DNA of 64,000 bases from Rhodanobacter sp. (GCA_036563155.1 DATCMT010000026.1:7034-71033); one strand, 5' to 3'. Positions 19,074 through 30,239 are shown, numbered from the stretch's first letter. Program-made: numbers and translations. Notes: generated from the letters alone by a model not told the origin.

Positions 19074-21692
19074 TCAGTCGTGCTGGAACACCGCCAGCTC
19101 CGGCTGATGCAGGCTGAATCCCTGCACCGCGTTCACACCCAGGGCAGCCAGCGCCTGCACCGTCTCCGCGTCGGTCACCCACTCGGCAACCACCTCCAGG
19201 CCGAGGCGGTGCCCGATGTCAGTGACCGCTTTCACCATCAGATAGCTCACCGGGTCGGTCTGCATGTCGCGGATGAAGCTGCCATCGATCTTGATGAAAT
19301 CCAGCGGCAGGTTTTTCAGATAGGTGAAGGACGACATGCCGGCACCGAAATCGTCGAGCGAAATGGCGCAGCCGACAGCGCGCAGGCGCTCCATGAAGCG
19401 TACGACCTGGGACAGATTGCGCACCGCCACCGTCTCGGTGACCTCGAAACAGACCCGCGCCGGGTCCACCTGGTACTGCTCCAACCAACCCACGATGTCA
19501 TCGGCCAGCGAGCTGTCATCAAGACTGGCCCCGGACAGGTTGATGGCCGCCAACTGCAAGCCCGTGCCGACCCGATGCAGGCGATCGAAATTGGCCAGGG
19601 TCGTCTGGACGACCCAGCGGTCAATCGCCGGCATCAAACCAAACCGCTCGGCCGCCGGCATGAAGACGCCGGGCACGACCAGTTCACCGGAGTCGTCGCG
19701 GAAACGCAGCAGTACCTCGACACTGATCCTGCCGGATCCGGCACTGACCAGCGGCAGCGGCCAGATTTCCTGGCAGACCAATACCAGCCGCTTGCCATCG
19801 ATGGCGCCACGAAGGCGACTGGCCCACTCCATCTCGCTGCGACGAAGCGCCGTCTGGCCGTCGTGCTCGAGGTAAAAGTGGACACGATTGCGACCGAGCT
19901 CCTTGGCGACATAACAGGCGGTGTCGGCCTGGGAAAGCAGATCTTTCACCAGGATTCCCGGGCCATCGATCGCCACCGCGCCGATACTGGCACTGATGTT
20001 GTAGCTGCGCTGCTCCCAAATGAACACGTAACCGTCGATGCAGCACCGGACATTTTCGGCAATCCGGCTGGCCTCCCCGCGATCGCTCACTTCCGACACC
20101 AGCACGCCGAACTCGTCGCCACCGAGCCGCGCCAACAAGTCGGTGTCGCCCACTTGCTTGCGCAGGAGCAGCGCCAGCTGGGCCAGCAACTGGTCACCGG
20201 CCAGGTGGCCGGAAATGTCGTTGATCAACTTGAACTGGTCGAGATCGATGTAGAGCAACAAGGCCAGGTGCTCCCGCGCCGTGATCTGCGCGAGGAGGAG
20301 CTGCAGACGGCGCTCGAATTCGCGCCGGTTGAACAACTCGGTGAGCGCGTCATGGCTGGCCTGGTAGCCCAGCATCTCGGTCAGCTGGCGTTGCTCACTG
20401 ATGTCGCTGGCGACCATCAGCAACTTGCTGCTGCCATTGAGCTGCACCTGCGAGATCGCCACATTCGCCCAGAACGACTCGCCCTTGTCGTCGCGCAACA
20501 TCGCGTCAGCTTGACGACAGTCGCCGGAATCGGCGTCCAGCAGATGCTGGCGCGCGTCATGATCCACCAGCAGATTGGTCAACTGACTGTCGATCAGGTC
20601 TTCGCCAAAGCGATCGCGCGATGCCCGATTCGCATAGATGATCCAGCCACCCTGAAGTTCGGCCAGCACGACCAGCGCGGGCAGCAACTCGTTCAGCGCC
20701 CGGAAACGCTCCTCGCTCTCGCGGTAACGCCGCGTCATCCGCCAACCCAATTCAAGCGCGCGCTGGCGCGTTCCCACCACCGAATACACCAGCAGTGCCA
20801 GTAACAGACTTGCCAACAGCCCGATCGGCAACAGCGACCGGTTCCAGTCGAAGGCAGCCGGAGCATGATCCCGCGGATGCATCGCCACGTGCCACACGCG
20901 ACCACCGAAGTTCAGCTGGCGCTGGAATCGGTATCCGTCCGGGTCCGCTGCCGAATCGGGCTCGGCGCCGAACAGCGAAACCGTATGGTCGGGATCGGTG
21001 ATGTCCGTGACATGCAGGCGCAATTCGCGGGACGCGTGATCGGGCAACACATGGTCGATCAGGTCGCCGGCCACAAACGAAACCGCGATGGACCCCTGGA
21101 TGCGCTGTCGCCGCTCCTCGATAGACTGTGGCGGACTTCCCGGGCTGAACAGGGGCAGACGCAGGATGACGCCCTCGCTTTCGGTCGCGCCAGCCGACTG
21201 CTGTGCCAGGCGAAAGGGTGCCGACAGGGTTGCCCGGTCGCTGTCGCGCGAGGCCAGCAATGCGGCAAGATTGCCGGGCTGTCGAGCCACATCGAGCCCC
21301 AACACCGCGTCGTTGCCCGCTCGCGGCTCGACCCAGCGAGTCCTGTAGCGATCGCCATCGGGGCCCTGCTCGCGTCGGGCTTCGGCCAGTGCGATCAGGC
21401 TGGGGAACTGGTCGCGCGGGCGCAGATTGGCGTAGAAAGTGGTGAATTCCGCAGCGGTCACCTCATCGGAGGCGAGGTACAGGGTCTGCACCGCCCGCAG
21501 CAGAGACTCCGCCGCCTGCAAGCGCGTCTGCAGCGCAGCAAAGGTCTCTTCGGCCAACTCGCTGCGAACCAGGTCCTGGCTGAACTGCTGCCTTTCCAAC
21601 TGCCGATGGTGGGCAACCAGTGACAGCGTCAAACCCAAGACCAGGGCCAGCAGGCCCCACAGCCCAGCCATCAACCGCCGCGGAGCCGGCAT
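19074..21692 (-). CDS. CHASE-PAS-GGDEF-EAL c-di-GMP enzyme (start uncertain)
   Basis: TM, CHASE-like periplasmic region, TM, PAS, HDALTELFNR, RLGGDEF intact, EVL variant and DDFGAGMSS. Confidence 0.9.
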   Translation of the reverse strand: MPAPRRLMAGLWGLLALVLGLTLSLVAHHRQLERQQFSQDLVRSELAEETFAALQTRLQAAESLLRAVQTLYLASDEVTAAEFTTFYANLRPRDQFPSLIALAEARREQGPDGDRYRTRWVEPRAGNDAVLGLDVARQPGNLAALLASRDSDRATLSAPFRLAQQSAGATESEGVILRLPLFSPGSPPQSIEERRQRIQGSIAVSFVAGDLIDHVLPDHASRELRLHVTDITDPDHTVSLFGAEPDSAADPDGYRFQRQLNFGGRVWHVAMHPRDHAPAAFDWNRSLLPIGLLASLLLALLVYSVVGTRQRALELGWRMTRRYRESEERFRALNELLPALVVLAELQGGWIIYANRASRDRFGEDLIDSQLTNLLVDHDARQHLLDADSGDCRQADAMLRDDKGESFWANVAISQVQLNGSSKLLMVASDISEQRQLTEMLGYQASHDALTELFNRREFERRLQLLLAQITAREHLALLLYIDLDQFKLINDISGHLAGDQLLAQLALLLRKQVGDTDLLARLGGDEFGVLVSEVSDRGEASRIAENVRCCIDGYVFIWEQRSYNISASIGAVAIDGPGILVKDLLSQADTACYVAKELGRNRVHFYLEHDGQTALRRSEMEWASRLRGAIDGKRLVLVCQEIWPLPLVSAGSGRISVEVLLRFRDDSGELVVPGVFMPAAERFGLMPAIDRWVVQTTLANFDRLHRVGTGLQLAAINLSGASLDDSSLADDIVGWLEQYQVDPARVCFEVTETVAVRNLSQVVRFMERLRAVGCAISLDDFGAGMSSFTYLKNLPLDFIKIDGSFIRDMQTDPVSYLMVKAVTDIGHRLGLEVVAEWVTDAETVQALAALGVNAVQGFSLHQPELAVFQHD

Positions 21693-21872
21693 CGGAGCAG
21701 TGGCGCCATGATCGCCGCCCTCATCCGCAGGAACGGAGTGATATGGCTCGAGATCCTGTGTTCTTGGCAAGGAGTCCACCAGGCAACGGTGCGGAACACG
21801 ATGGTACACAAGTGGAACGCGCTTGGCAGGTGCAGCGGGGCACGGCGCGCTTGCACCGTCGGGCCCGCCCAC

Positions 21873-24398
21873 TCAGCGACGCGGTCTCGGCTTGGCCCGA
21901 TGGGTTGGCGTGGCCGTCCACGGATCGTCCGGCCAGGGATGACGCGGATAGCGCCCCTTCAACTCCTTTTTCACTTCCGGATAAGTCCGCTCCCAGAAGC
22001 CCTTGAGATCCCGGGTGACCTGGATCGGTCGGCCGGCCGGCGACAACAGGTGCAAAACGACCGGGATCCGCCCGCCGCCCACGCACGGAGTATCGGCCAG
22101 GCCGAACAACTCCTGCAGCTTGACCGCCAGAACCGGCGGCTCGCCGGCAGGGTACTCAAGCCGACGACGCTGCCCGCTGGGTACCACCAGATGCTCGGGG
22201 GCCTGTGCATCCAGCGCGCGGCGTTGGTCATGACCCAGCATCGATGCCAGCGCCTGGCTCAGCTGGTCGGGAGCCAGCGCATCGAGCCGGTGCCGGCCAT
22301 CGAGATAGGGGGCCAGCCAGTGCTCCAGTGAGGCCAGCAGGGCCGGCTCGGAGACATCCGGCAGGCCCAGCTCGGGCATCCACTCGCGCAGCGCCTGCAT
22401 GCGTGCACGCAGCCGTCGCGCGTGCTCGCTCCAGGGCAGCGTGTCCAGACCTTTTGATCGCACCGCAGCCAGCAAGGCAGGCAGGGCATCGGCGGGCTTC
22501 ACTGGCACGCTGTGACGTGCCAGCACGATCGCCCCGAATCGCCGTTCATCGAACGCCTCGGCGGCGCCCCGTTCATCGTTCCAATGCAAGGTGCGCTGAC
22601 GGGTGAAGCGCGCCGGAAAATCACGCTCCAGTACGTCCGGATCGAGCGGGGCGGCGGCAAACACCAGGCTGTCGCGCGCCTCCAGTCGCAGATCCAGCAC
22701 CACCAGCCACGGCTCGCCGAGCAGCGCGGTGTTCTCGTGCAGCCGCGCGCCGCGGCCATTGGCCAGCGTGTAGCGCAGTGGGTTGTGGTCGTCGCGTCGG
22801 GCGATGCGATCGGGAAACGCGTGCAGCAGCAAGTCGCCGACCGCGTGGCTGTCCGGCATCCCGCTGGCGGCTGTGCGCACACCCAGCCGCCGACGCCAGC
22901 CCTTGCTGGCCTGCTCGACGGCGGCCAGCGCCCCACCATCGGCCTCGCCGCGCTGTGCACGACCGCGGCGGTCGCGCCACGCATGCAATGCCAGCAGCCG
23001 CGCGCGGAAATCATCGCTGCGCGCCTGCTCGCCGCGCAATGGCGAGCGCGCCTCCATCAGGGCCAGCAAGTCGGCCGCCAGTGCGCGCCGTGCGGGAGGC
23101 GCGCGCAGCGCCGCGGCGGCCAGCCTCGGCGCGGCGCCCAGCTCCAGCATGCGGCGGCCGAGCGCGGTAATCCGGCCGTCGGGCTCCAACGCGGCGAGAT
23201 CCACCAACAACGCGCGCGCCTGCGCCAGCGCCCCCGGCGGCGGTGGATCGAGCCACGGAAGGTCCGCGCTGCTGTTGGCCGTGATGCCCCAGGCGGCCAG
23301 CTCCAGCGCCAGCGCCGACAATTCCGCGTGGGCGACTTCGGGACTGCGTGCCGACTCCAGCCGCTTGCTCTGCGGCCACAACCGGTACGCCGTGCCCGCA
23401 GCCACACGGCCGGCACGGCCGGCACGCTGATCGGCCGACGCCTGGGAAATGGCCACGGTTTCGAGTCGGGTAAAGCCGGAATTGGGATCGAAGCGGGGCT
23501 CGCGCGCCAATCCGCTGTCGACCACCGCGCGGATGCCCGGCAGAGTGATGCTGGACTCGGCCACATTGGTGGCCAGCACGATCCGGCGCGTACCCGGTTC
23601 GGCTGGCGCCAGCGCGGACTGCTGCTCGGCCAGCGAGAGTTCGCCATGCAGCGCGACCAGCTCCACGTCATCACGGCCGAGGGTTTGCGCCAGCACGGCC
23701 TGCGCACGCGCGATCTCGCGGCGGCCAGGCAGAAACGCCAGCACGTCGCCGTCGCTTTCCTCCAGCGCTTGCCGCGCGACACGGGCCAGCTGATGGCCCG
23801 CGCTTTCCTGGGTGCGCGCAGGCGGATATTCGATGCGCACCGGGAAACTCCGGCCCGGGCTGGACAACCGCGGCGCCTGCAGCCAGCCCGCGATACGTTC
23901 GCCATCGAGCGTGGCGGACATCAGCAGCAGGCGCAGCTCCGGCCGCAGCGTGGCCTGCAAGTCCAGCGCCAGTGCAGCGCCCAGGTCGCCGGTGAGGTGG
24001 CGCTCATGGAATTCGTCGAACACGATCGCGCCGACGCCGGTGAGCTCCGGATCGCTCTGGATCAGGCGGGTCAGAATGCCTTCAGTAACCACCTCGATGC
24101 GGGTCGCTGCGCTCACTCGCGAATCGAAGCGGATGCGGTAACCGACCGTCTGGCCGACCGCCTCACCCAGCTGTTGCGCCATGAATTGCGCGGCGGCTCG
24201 TGCCGCGATCCGGCGCGGCTCGAGCATTACGATCTTGCGCCCCGCCAGCCAGTCGGCGTCGCACAGGGCCAGCGGCACCTGGGTGGTCTTGCCTGCGCCA
24301 GGTGGCGCCTCCAGTACCAGCCGCGGATGCGCCGCCAGCGACGCGCGGATCTCCCGCAGCAGCGGGGTGATCGGAAAGGTCGGGGTGGCTGCTGTCAT
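21873..24398 (-). CDS. hrpB: ATP-dependent helicase HrpB
   Basis: APPGAGKTT, DEFHER, SAT, ATNVAESSITLPG, QRAGRAGR, C-terminal LQELFG..GRYPRHPWP. Confidence 0.97.
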   Translation of the reverse strand: MTAATPTFPITPLLREIRASLAAHPRLVLEAPPGAGKTTQVPLALCDADWLAGRKIVMLEPRRIAARAAAQFMAQQLGEAVGQTVGYRIRFDSRVSAATRIEVVTEGILTRLIQSDPELTGVGAIVFDEFHERHLTGDLGAALALDLQATLRPELRLLLMSATLDGERIAGWLQAPRLSSPGRSFPVRIEYPPARTQESAGHQLARVARQALEESDGDVLAFLPGRREIARAQAVLAQTLGRDDVELVALHGELSLAEQQSALAPAEPGTRRIVLATNVAESSITLPGIRAVVDSGLAREPRFDPNSGFTRLETVAISQASADQRAGRAGRVAAGTAYRLWPQSKRLESARSPEVAHAELSALALELAAWGITANSSADLPWLDPPPPGALAQARALLVDLAALEPDGRITALGRRMLELGAAPRLAAAALRAPPARRALAADLLALMEARSPLRGEQARSDDFRARLLALHAWRDRRGRAQRGEADGGALAAVEQASKGWRRRLGVRTAASGMPDSHAVGDLLLHAFPDRIARRDDHNPLRYTLANGRGARLHENTALLGEPWLVVLDLRLEARDSLVFAAAPLDPDVLERDFPARFTRQRTLHWNDERGAAEAFDERRFGAIVLARHSVPVKPADALPALLAAVRSKGLDTLPWSEHARRLRARMQALREWMPELGLPDVSEPALLASLEHWLAPYLDGRHRLDALAPDQLSQALASMLGHDQRRALDAQAPEHLVVPSGQRRRLEYPAGEPPVLAVKLQELFGLADTPCVGGGRIPVVLHLLSPAGRPIQVTRDLKGFWERTYPEVKKELKGRYPRHPWPDDPWTATPTHRAKPRPRR

Positions 24399-24539
24399 CC
24401 CTGGGCATGATAGTGGCTGGTGGCGGAGCAGGCGCGCGCCGCTGCGCCACCCGGTGACCCTATGGCGACTTCAACGGCACATCGCACGGGGCCGGTCGAT
24501 CGCGCCATGCTGCGCCACCAGCCCGGACCCGCTCCACGG

Positions 24540-26867
24540 CTAATGGGCCGGCGGCGAAACCGTCGTACCCGATGCGCGCAGCGGCGTCAGCGACTCGAAC
24601 TTGCTCTGGTAGTCGTCGGTGATCTGCTTGGCATCGGCACCGCCGCGGATCACCCGGGGCGTGATCAACACGATCAGCTCGGTGCGGTTGCGGCTGCGAT
24701 TGGTGCTGCCGAACAGGCGACCCAGCACGGGAATCCGGTTGAGCCCGGGAATACCGGTGTCGGTGTTGCCCTCGGCCTGCTCGATCAAACCGCCCAGCAA
24801 CACGGTCTGGCCACTCTGCACAGCGACCTGGGTGGCCAATTTACGCTGCGAGATGGCCGGATTGCCGTTGACCAGCGGTATCGACTTGTCCGCCTGGCTC
24901 ACCTCCTGGCTGATGTTCATGTAGACCAGACCACCGGGATTGATGCGCGGCTGCACATTCAGGATCACGCCGGTGCTCAGGTAGCTGACCTGGTTGTAGC
25001 TCGTGGCATTGCCAATGCCGGTGTTCACACTGGTCTGATTGATCGGAATCTGGTTGCCAACCGCAATGCTGGCCATCTGGTTGTTCATCACCACCATCGA
25101 TGGCGCCGACAATGTCTTGGTGTTGCCACTGGTTTCCATGGCCCGCACGGCAACCTGCAGGTTGCTGTTGAGGAACGAGTAGAAGAACGGCTCGCCACCG
25201 AACGCGTTGCCACCCTGACCCAACGCGGCCTGGCGGTGCCGGAACGGCTGCCCGGGCACGAGGTTGCCGCTGCCGTCCACGGTGCTGCCGGTCAGTCCCT
25301 CCAGATACCACTGCACGCCAAACTGGAATTCGCCGGTCAGGCTGACTTCGAGGATGCGCGTTTCGATCTGCACTTGCAGCGGCACGTTGTCGAGCTTGCC
25401 GATGGCCGACTTGATCTCTTCCCACTGCGACGGCCGCGCGCGCACCAGCAACTGGTTGTTGCTGTCCACCGAGCTGATCCGCACGCTGCCGTCACTGGAG
25501 CTGTATTGCTGCTCGTTCGCGGCACCCGTGTTGCCACCCGCCGAGTTGGTGGTGAAACCGCCTGCCGTGGCACCGAAGCCGCCGGCCGCCGCGCCGCTGT
25601 CGTGGCCGCTGCCGCCGAGGCCGAAGCCGCTGCCGCCACTCTGGCCGGCATCGCGAGCGGCGCCGGCGCTACTGCCGAAGCTGCCGGCGGTACTGCCCAT
25701 GCTGGTGGCGCCCGCATTGTCGGCGCTGCCCAGGGTCATCCCGGTCAGGCCTGGGCCAACCTGCCCGCCGCTGTCGCCGCCGCCACTCGCACCGGCACCG
25801 TTGGTGTAGATCTGCGCCAGGTAGCGCGCCAGATCCGACGCCTTGATGTTGCGTACGTCGTAGACGAACAGTTGTGGTTCATTGCCGCCGCCGCGGTCGA
25901 TGCGGGTAATCCAGTCACCGACTTCCTGCAGATAGTCCGGCTGGGTGCTGATCACCACCAGCGCGTTGGTGCGTTCGATCGGGATGAAGCGCAACATGCC
26001 GGCCAGCGGCGTGTTGCCATTTGCGCCAAACATGCCGTCGAGCTTGGGCATCAACTCGGCCACGTTCGCATACTGCAGGTTGAACACGCCGACCGACATG
26101 CCGCGCAGCCAGTCGACGTCGAAGGTACGCACCATGCTCTGGTAATTGGCCAGCTCCTGCGGTGTACCGGACATCACCAGCAGGTTGCGTGCCGGATCCG
26201 CCAGCAGGATGGCGCCCGGGCGCGCGAACGGCTTGATCAGCTTCTGCATCTCGGTCGCCGAGATGTAGCGCAGCGGGAACAGGCGCGCCTGCAGACCGCC
26301 CTGTGGCGCGGCGGCGCCGAGGCTCGGCACCAGGTTGCCCGCGACAGCGTCCTTTTCCGGCATCACCACGTAGCCACCACTGCGATGGACCAACGCATTG
26401 CCGGTCCAGCCCAGCAGGGTTTCCAGAATCGGCAGGGCTTGCCCGGCGTCGACCGGCTCGGCGGTGGAGAACGAGATATTGCCCTGCACGCCGGGCACGA
26501 TCGTGTAGTTCTGCTTCAGCAGGTCGCCGAGAATCGCCTTGACCACCGCCTGCACCGGCTGGTTCTCGAAGTTGAACGTGACCGCGCCGCTGCCGCTGGC
26601 CGCCGGTCGCGGTGTGGTCAATCCGCCGGGGCGGATGAACTGGCCGCTGCCGTGGCTGATCTCGGCGGTGGCGGCCGCGCCGGCTTCGCCTCCCGCATCA
26701 GTGTTGAGGGGCAGCGGTGCCGGTACCGGATTCTGCGTGCCAGCCATCGCCTCGCGCTGCAACGCGCCGTCGTCATGCGGTCGCGGCAGACTGGCGCAAC
26801 CGGCCACACCCACCACCAGGGCGAGTGCGACGACGCGCAGGGTTTGCTGAGTGAGCGTGGGGAACAT
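24540..26867 (-). CDS. gspD: T2SS secretin (lipidated XpsD type)
   Basis: Lipobox VAGC, N0 VTFNFENQPV, Gly/Ser-rich N3 insertion, GQTVLLGGLI..RTELIVLITP. Confidence 0.96.
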   Translation of the reverse strand: MFPTLTQQTLRVVALALVVGVAGCASLPRPHDDGALQREAMAGTQNPVPAPLPLNTDAGGEAGAAATAEISHGSGQFIRPGGLTTPRPAASGSGAVTFNFENQPVQAVVKAILGDLLKQNYTIVPGVQGNISFSTAEPVDAGQALPILETLLGWTGNALVHRSGGYVVMPEKDAVAGNLVPSLGAAAPQGGLQARLFPLRYISATEMQKLIKPFARPGAILLADPARNLLVMSGTPQELANYQSMVRTFDVDWLRGMSVGVFNLQYANVAELMPKLDGMFGANGNTPLAGMLRFIPIERTNALVVISTQPDYLQEVGDWITRIDRGGGNEPQLFVYDVRNIKASDLARYLAQIYTNGAGASGGGDSGGQVGPGLTGMTLGSADNAGATSMGSTAGSFGSSAGAARDAGQSGGSGFGLGGSGHDSGAAAGGFGATAGGFTTNSAGGNTGAANEQQYSSSDGSVRISSVDSNNQLLVRARPSQWEEIKSAIGKLDNVPLQVQIETRILEVSLTGEFQFGVQWYLEGLTGSTVDGSGNLVPGQPFRHRQAALGQGGNAFGGEPFFYSFLNSNLQVAVRAMETSGNTKTLSAPSMVVMNNQMASIAVGNQIPINQTSVNTGIGNATSYNQVSYLSTGVILNVQPRINPGGLVYMNISQEVSQADKSIPLVNGNPAISQRKLATQVAVQSGQTVLLGGLIEQAEGNTDTGIPGLNRIPVLGRLFGSTNRSRNRTELIVLITPRVIRGGADAKQITDDYQSKFESLTPLRASGTTVSPPAH

Positions 26868-26870
26868 GGA

Positions 26871-27566
26871 TCAACGTACTCCTTCGTTGGCCGCGGCGGC
26901 GCGGGCGGCCCGACGTTTCTGGATATTTTTGCGCAATCGCTCGGCGGCGGATTCCCCCGCGGCATTCGGCGCGACGGCCCCCCGGGGGACGCTGGTGGGC
27001 ATCCGCTGCACGGGCGAGCCGACCGACGGCTCGGCGGCAGCGCCATCGTCTACGGGCTGCTCGGGTGCTACACCCCGGGGCGGGTCGATCGGTGCGCCGG
27101 CGGGCAACTTCAGCTCGGTACGCCCCGTGGCCGATTCGAACACCGCCGAGCGAGGATGCAGCTCGACCAGTCTCACGCTGCCATCGGGCAAGGACTCACC
27201 CTGGCGCAGGCGCACCTCGCGCTCGGCATTCCGGTCGCGCAGCAAGGCCATCTGCAGGCTTGGGGTGAGAATGATGCCGGTCAGCTCAAGATCACCCAGA
27301 TTGCTGCCACCCTCGGCCGCACGCGCGACCGGTTTGCGATCAGGACTGAACAGGGGTTTCTGCCACACCAGCGCGTAGTGCTGCAGCGAGATGGGCTTGG
27401 GCAGGTCAGCCGCGCTGGCGCCAGGCGGCAATGGTGCCAGCGAGCGCGGGCTGTCCCAACGCACGCCCTGGCCGAGCCCGCCCAACAACAGCAGCAGCAA
27501 GGCCCCCAACAAGGCCGCCATGACCACCAACAGCGGGGTCAATTGACGTTGATTGGCGGCATTCAT
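26871..27566 (-). CDS. gspN: T2SS XpsN (GspC-like)
   Basis: Single TM, PLFSPDRKP, LTGIILTP; position between M and D as in xps clusters. Confidence 0.8.
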   Translation of the reverse strand: MNAANQRQLTPLLVVMAALLGALLLLLLGGLGQGVRWDSPRSLAPLPPGASAADLPKPISLQHYALVWQKPLFSPDRKPVARAAEGGSNLGDLELTGIILTPSLQMALLRDRNAEREVRLRQGESLPDGSVRLVELHPRSAVFESATGRTELKLPAGAPIDPPRGVAPEQPVDDGAAAEPSVGSPVQRMPTSVPRGAVAPNAAGESAAERLRKNIQKRRAARAAAANEGVR

Positions 27567-28204
27567 GGCGACACTCCTGCGCCCTCACGTAAGCGACCCG
27601 ACGTCGGCGCACGCGCCGGACGCACGTAGCCGGACAGGGTGAACTGTACTTCCAGCGCCGACCCCTGATTCTGCTGTGCGGACACCGGATTGCGGTAAAT
27701 GCTCAGGTCGTCGACGAAAAGATACGGTGTGCCCTGCTCCAGCGCCTGCAGTACTGCCGCCAGCGGCTCCACGTCGCAACTCAGGCTGATGCTCACCGCG
27801 GCCTTGCGATACGGCTCGCCGGCCGTGGCAGGCGGATTCGGCAGCGGCATCTTCTGACTCACCACGCAACGTCCACCAACGGTGTTGGCGGCAACCACAT
27901 CGACCACCCGTTGCATCAGATCGGCCGCCGCAGTATTGGGATCGTCGGTGGCAAGGAACGCGCTGCTGGCCGCCTGACCGGCACCCAGCGTCGCCAGCCG
28001 CTGCTGCAGTGCCGATCGCTCCGCGATCACGGCGGCATAACGGCCGTGGGTATCGCGCAGATCCGCCATCTGGCTGCGGACCTGTTGCAGCGGCGCCACG
28101 AACCACCAGTGCAGCAGCACGAAATAGGCCAGCAACAGGGCCAGCAGCAACAGCGTGACCGCCGCAATCCGGCGATCGCGCGCCTTGAGGGCGTCCATCC
28201 TCAT
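27563..28204 (-). CDS. gspM: T2SS protein M
   Basis: N-terminal TM, LE...PYLFVDDL, VQFTLSGY; ATGA overlaps. Confidence 0.88.
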   Translation of the reverse strand: MRMDALKARDRRIAAVTLLLLALLLAYFVLLHWWFVAPLQQVRSQMADLRDTHGRYAAVIAERSALQQRLATLGAGQAASSAFLATDDPNTAAADLMQRVVDVVAANTVGGRCVVSQKMPLPNPPATAGEPYRKAAVSISLSCDVEPLAAVLQALEQGTPYLFVDDLSIYRNPVSAQQNQGSALEVQFTLSGYVRPARAPTSGRLREGAGVSP

Positions 28205-29373
28205 CGGGCAACCCCGTCAGTTGCCGAAGCGGAAACCGCTGGCCTGGGCTGGTTCACGCGGGCAGTCAGATAGAAGCGTTCCTTGCCGCTGGTCGGGTCG
28301 GGTTGGATGCTGCCCTGGAAGCTGGCATCGGTGATCAGCGGCGAATCCTTCAGTGCATCGAGCAGCTTCGCAGCCTGCTGGCTCTGGCCCTGGAATCCGA
28401 TCTGGCCCGAACTGTCCACGCTGAAACGTTCCAGCCATGCGCTGTCCGGCAATCGCGCCGTGGCGTCCTGCAGCAAGGCAAGCATCGAGACCGTGTTCTT
28501 CTTGCGCTGGGCCAGGAAGCCTGCCGCGCCGGCGTTGTCCTGCAGTTGCTGGCGCAGTGAGGCCACCTGTTGTGCCTCGCCGCGCATGGCCTCGACCTGC
28601 GCCTGCATGCGCTCCAGCGCAACCCGCCGATTGTGCAGCCATTCGCCCAGCACCAGGGCAGTCAACACCACGCAGGCGGCCACCAGCACCAGGTTGAGGC
28701 GACGCCGGGGGTGCCGACGGTGCGGCACCTGTTCCGGCGGCAGCAGATTGACGCCCAAACGGCCGTTGGCCACGGCCACATCCACGGCATCGACCACGAT
28801 ACCCTGCGCGCGCAGGCGTGTCAGCGGCGGATCCAGCGTGTCTCGCCGCACCACCACCAAATCAGCATTGAAGCGACCGGCCGGCGCGGGCGCCGCCAGT
28901 TCGCGCACGGCGAAGTACACCTGGGCCAGCGTGAATGGCGTCTGCCGATCCATCTCGAAGCCAGCCACCTGCCGCAGGTTGTCGCGCGCGGCCAGCGGGA
29001 GTACCAGGGTACGTCGCAACACCGACTCCGGCGCCAGCAGCATCGCCACCCGCAGGTCTTCGCGATCGACATGTCGCAATGCCGCGTCAAACGCGCTTGG
29101 TGTGGCGCGCTCGTCGCGACTGATCGGGTCGGTGGGTTCGCCCCAGCCGGCCAGTACTTCGTCCTGTCCGCTGCGGCGCAACTGCCATTGGCCGTCCCGG
29201 TACTCCAGCACATGCCAGTCCGCACCACTGCCGAACCAGGCGCGCCAGCGTGGTGGCAGCAGGCCACGAAGCTCGGTCCCCCACCAGCAAAAAAATGTCG
29301 GCATCGGCGAAGCGCGCCAGCCGCGGCGCAAGCGATCCACCCACGGCTGCCATGCATGCGTTGCCGTACTCAT
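28201..29373 (-). CDS. gspL: T2SS protein L
   Basis: FFCWWGTEL, FEMDRQTPF, NLLP, TM, PilN-like C-terminus. Confidence 0.9.
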   Translation of the reverse strand: MSTATHAWQPWVDRLRRGWRASPMPTFFCWWGTELRGLLPPRWRAWFGSGADWHVLEYRDGQWQLRRSGQDEVLAGWGEPTDPISRDERATPSAFDAALRHVDREDLRVAMLLAPESVLRRTLVLPLAARDNLRQVAGFEMDRQTPFTLAQVYFAVRELAAPAPAGRFNADLVVVRRDTLDPPLTRLRAQGIVVDAVDVAVANGRLGVNLLPPEQVPHRRHPRRRLNLVLVAACVVLTALVLGEWLHNRRVALERMQAQVEAMRGEAQQVASLRQQLQDNAGAAGFLAQRKKNTVSMLALLQDATARLPDSAWLERFSVDSSGQIGFQGQSQQAAKLLDALKDSPLITDASFQGSIQPDPTSGKERFYLTARVNQPRPAVSASATDGVAR

Positions 29374-30239
29374 TCAGCCTCCCCCTCACGCCAACGCAGC
29401 ACGACATACGGCTGCGCCTGGCCGACCTGCATGCGAATGGTCGCGCGCAACACCGCGCGCGTGCCATCAGCCAGCACGGCCTCAGACCGAATACTATGCG
29501 TTGTTCCGCTGTCGAGAACCAGTCGGGGATCATCCGCGTTCTTCCGGCGGGCCGCCTGGATTTCCGCGATGCCTTCCGGTGTCATCCCCGGAATGGCCGC
29601 CAACGCCAGCGGCGGCGCGGTATTCGGGTTGGGACTCGAACCACCGGCCCAGATGGTGATCACGGGCGCCACCTGCCGATACAGCGCCGGGGTCATGCCC
29701 AGCACCATCTGCAATTCCTCGACGCTGGCGAACGGCCCGTTGCGCGGCCCGTACTCGCGACCGTCGGCGAGGTACGCCGTGCGCTGGCCGGCGGCGTCGC
29801 CCTCAAAGCCCGCCGGACTGCGCCAATCGACCACGCGCTGTGCCAATTGGCCTGCCGCCTGCGGTTTGAGCCCGGCGGCCTGGAACAGGCCGGCCAGCAC
29901 CTCCGCCGACGCCGTATTGAGGTCGACCTTGCCGCCTTCGTCGATGGCCCGAACGCTCACCGTGGCGCTGTCGTAGTAAAACGTGTAGTTGCGGCCATCG
30001 GCGATCCAGCGTTGACCCGGCTGCGGAGTCTGCAAGCCGTAGACGGCACGCATCAAGCCGGCCTCGGCCGCGTAATGCGCCTGCGTTTGTGCGAACTCAT
30101 AACGGGCCAGCAAGCCCTCGGTGCGCGCCATCGCGGCGTAACCACCCAGCAGGATCGCCAGCAACGTGCACGCCCACAACACCAGCAACAGGGCAACCCC
30201 GCGCTGTCTGCCCACGCTGCGCAGCGGCCCGCGCCTCAC
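29370..30239 (-). CDS. gspK: T2SS minor pseudopilin K
   Basis: QRG-VALLLVLW, DEGGKVDLN, FASVEELQMVLG; GTGA overlap with gspJ stop. Confidence 0.92.
   Translation of the reverse strand: MRRGPLRSVGRQRGVALLLVLWACTLLAILLGGYAAMARTEGLLARYEFAQTQAHYAAEAGLMRAVYGLQTPQPGQRWIADGRNYTFYYDSATVSVRAIDEGGKVDLNTASAEVLAGLFQAAGLKPQAAGQLAQRVVDWRSPAGFEGDAAGQRTAYLADGREYGPRNGPFASVEELQMVLGMTPALYRQVAPVITIWAGGSSPNPNTAPPLALAAIPGMTPEGIAEIQAARRKNADDPRLVLDSGTTHSIRSEAVLADGTRAVLRATIRMQVGQAQPYVVLRWREGEAE

Noticed and set aside
24420-27629. Very long antisense ORFs (1069 aa here; also 32669-35512, 18138-20804, 44411-46618)
   Set aside because: Shadow frames of GC-rich genes with no recognisable motifs.
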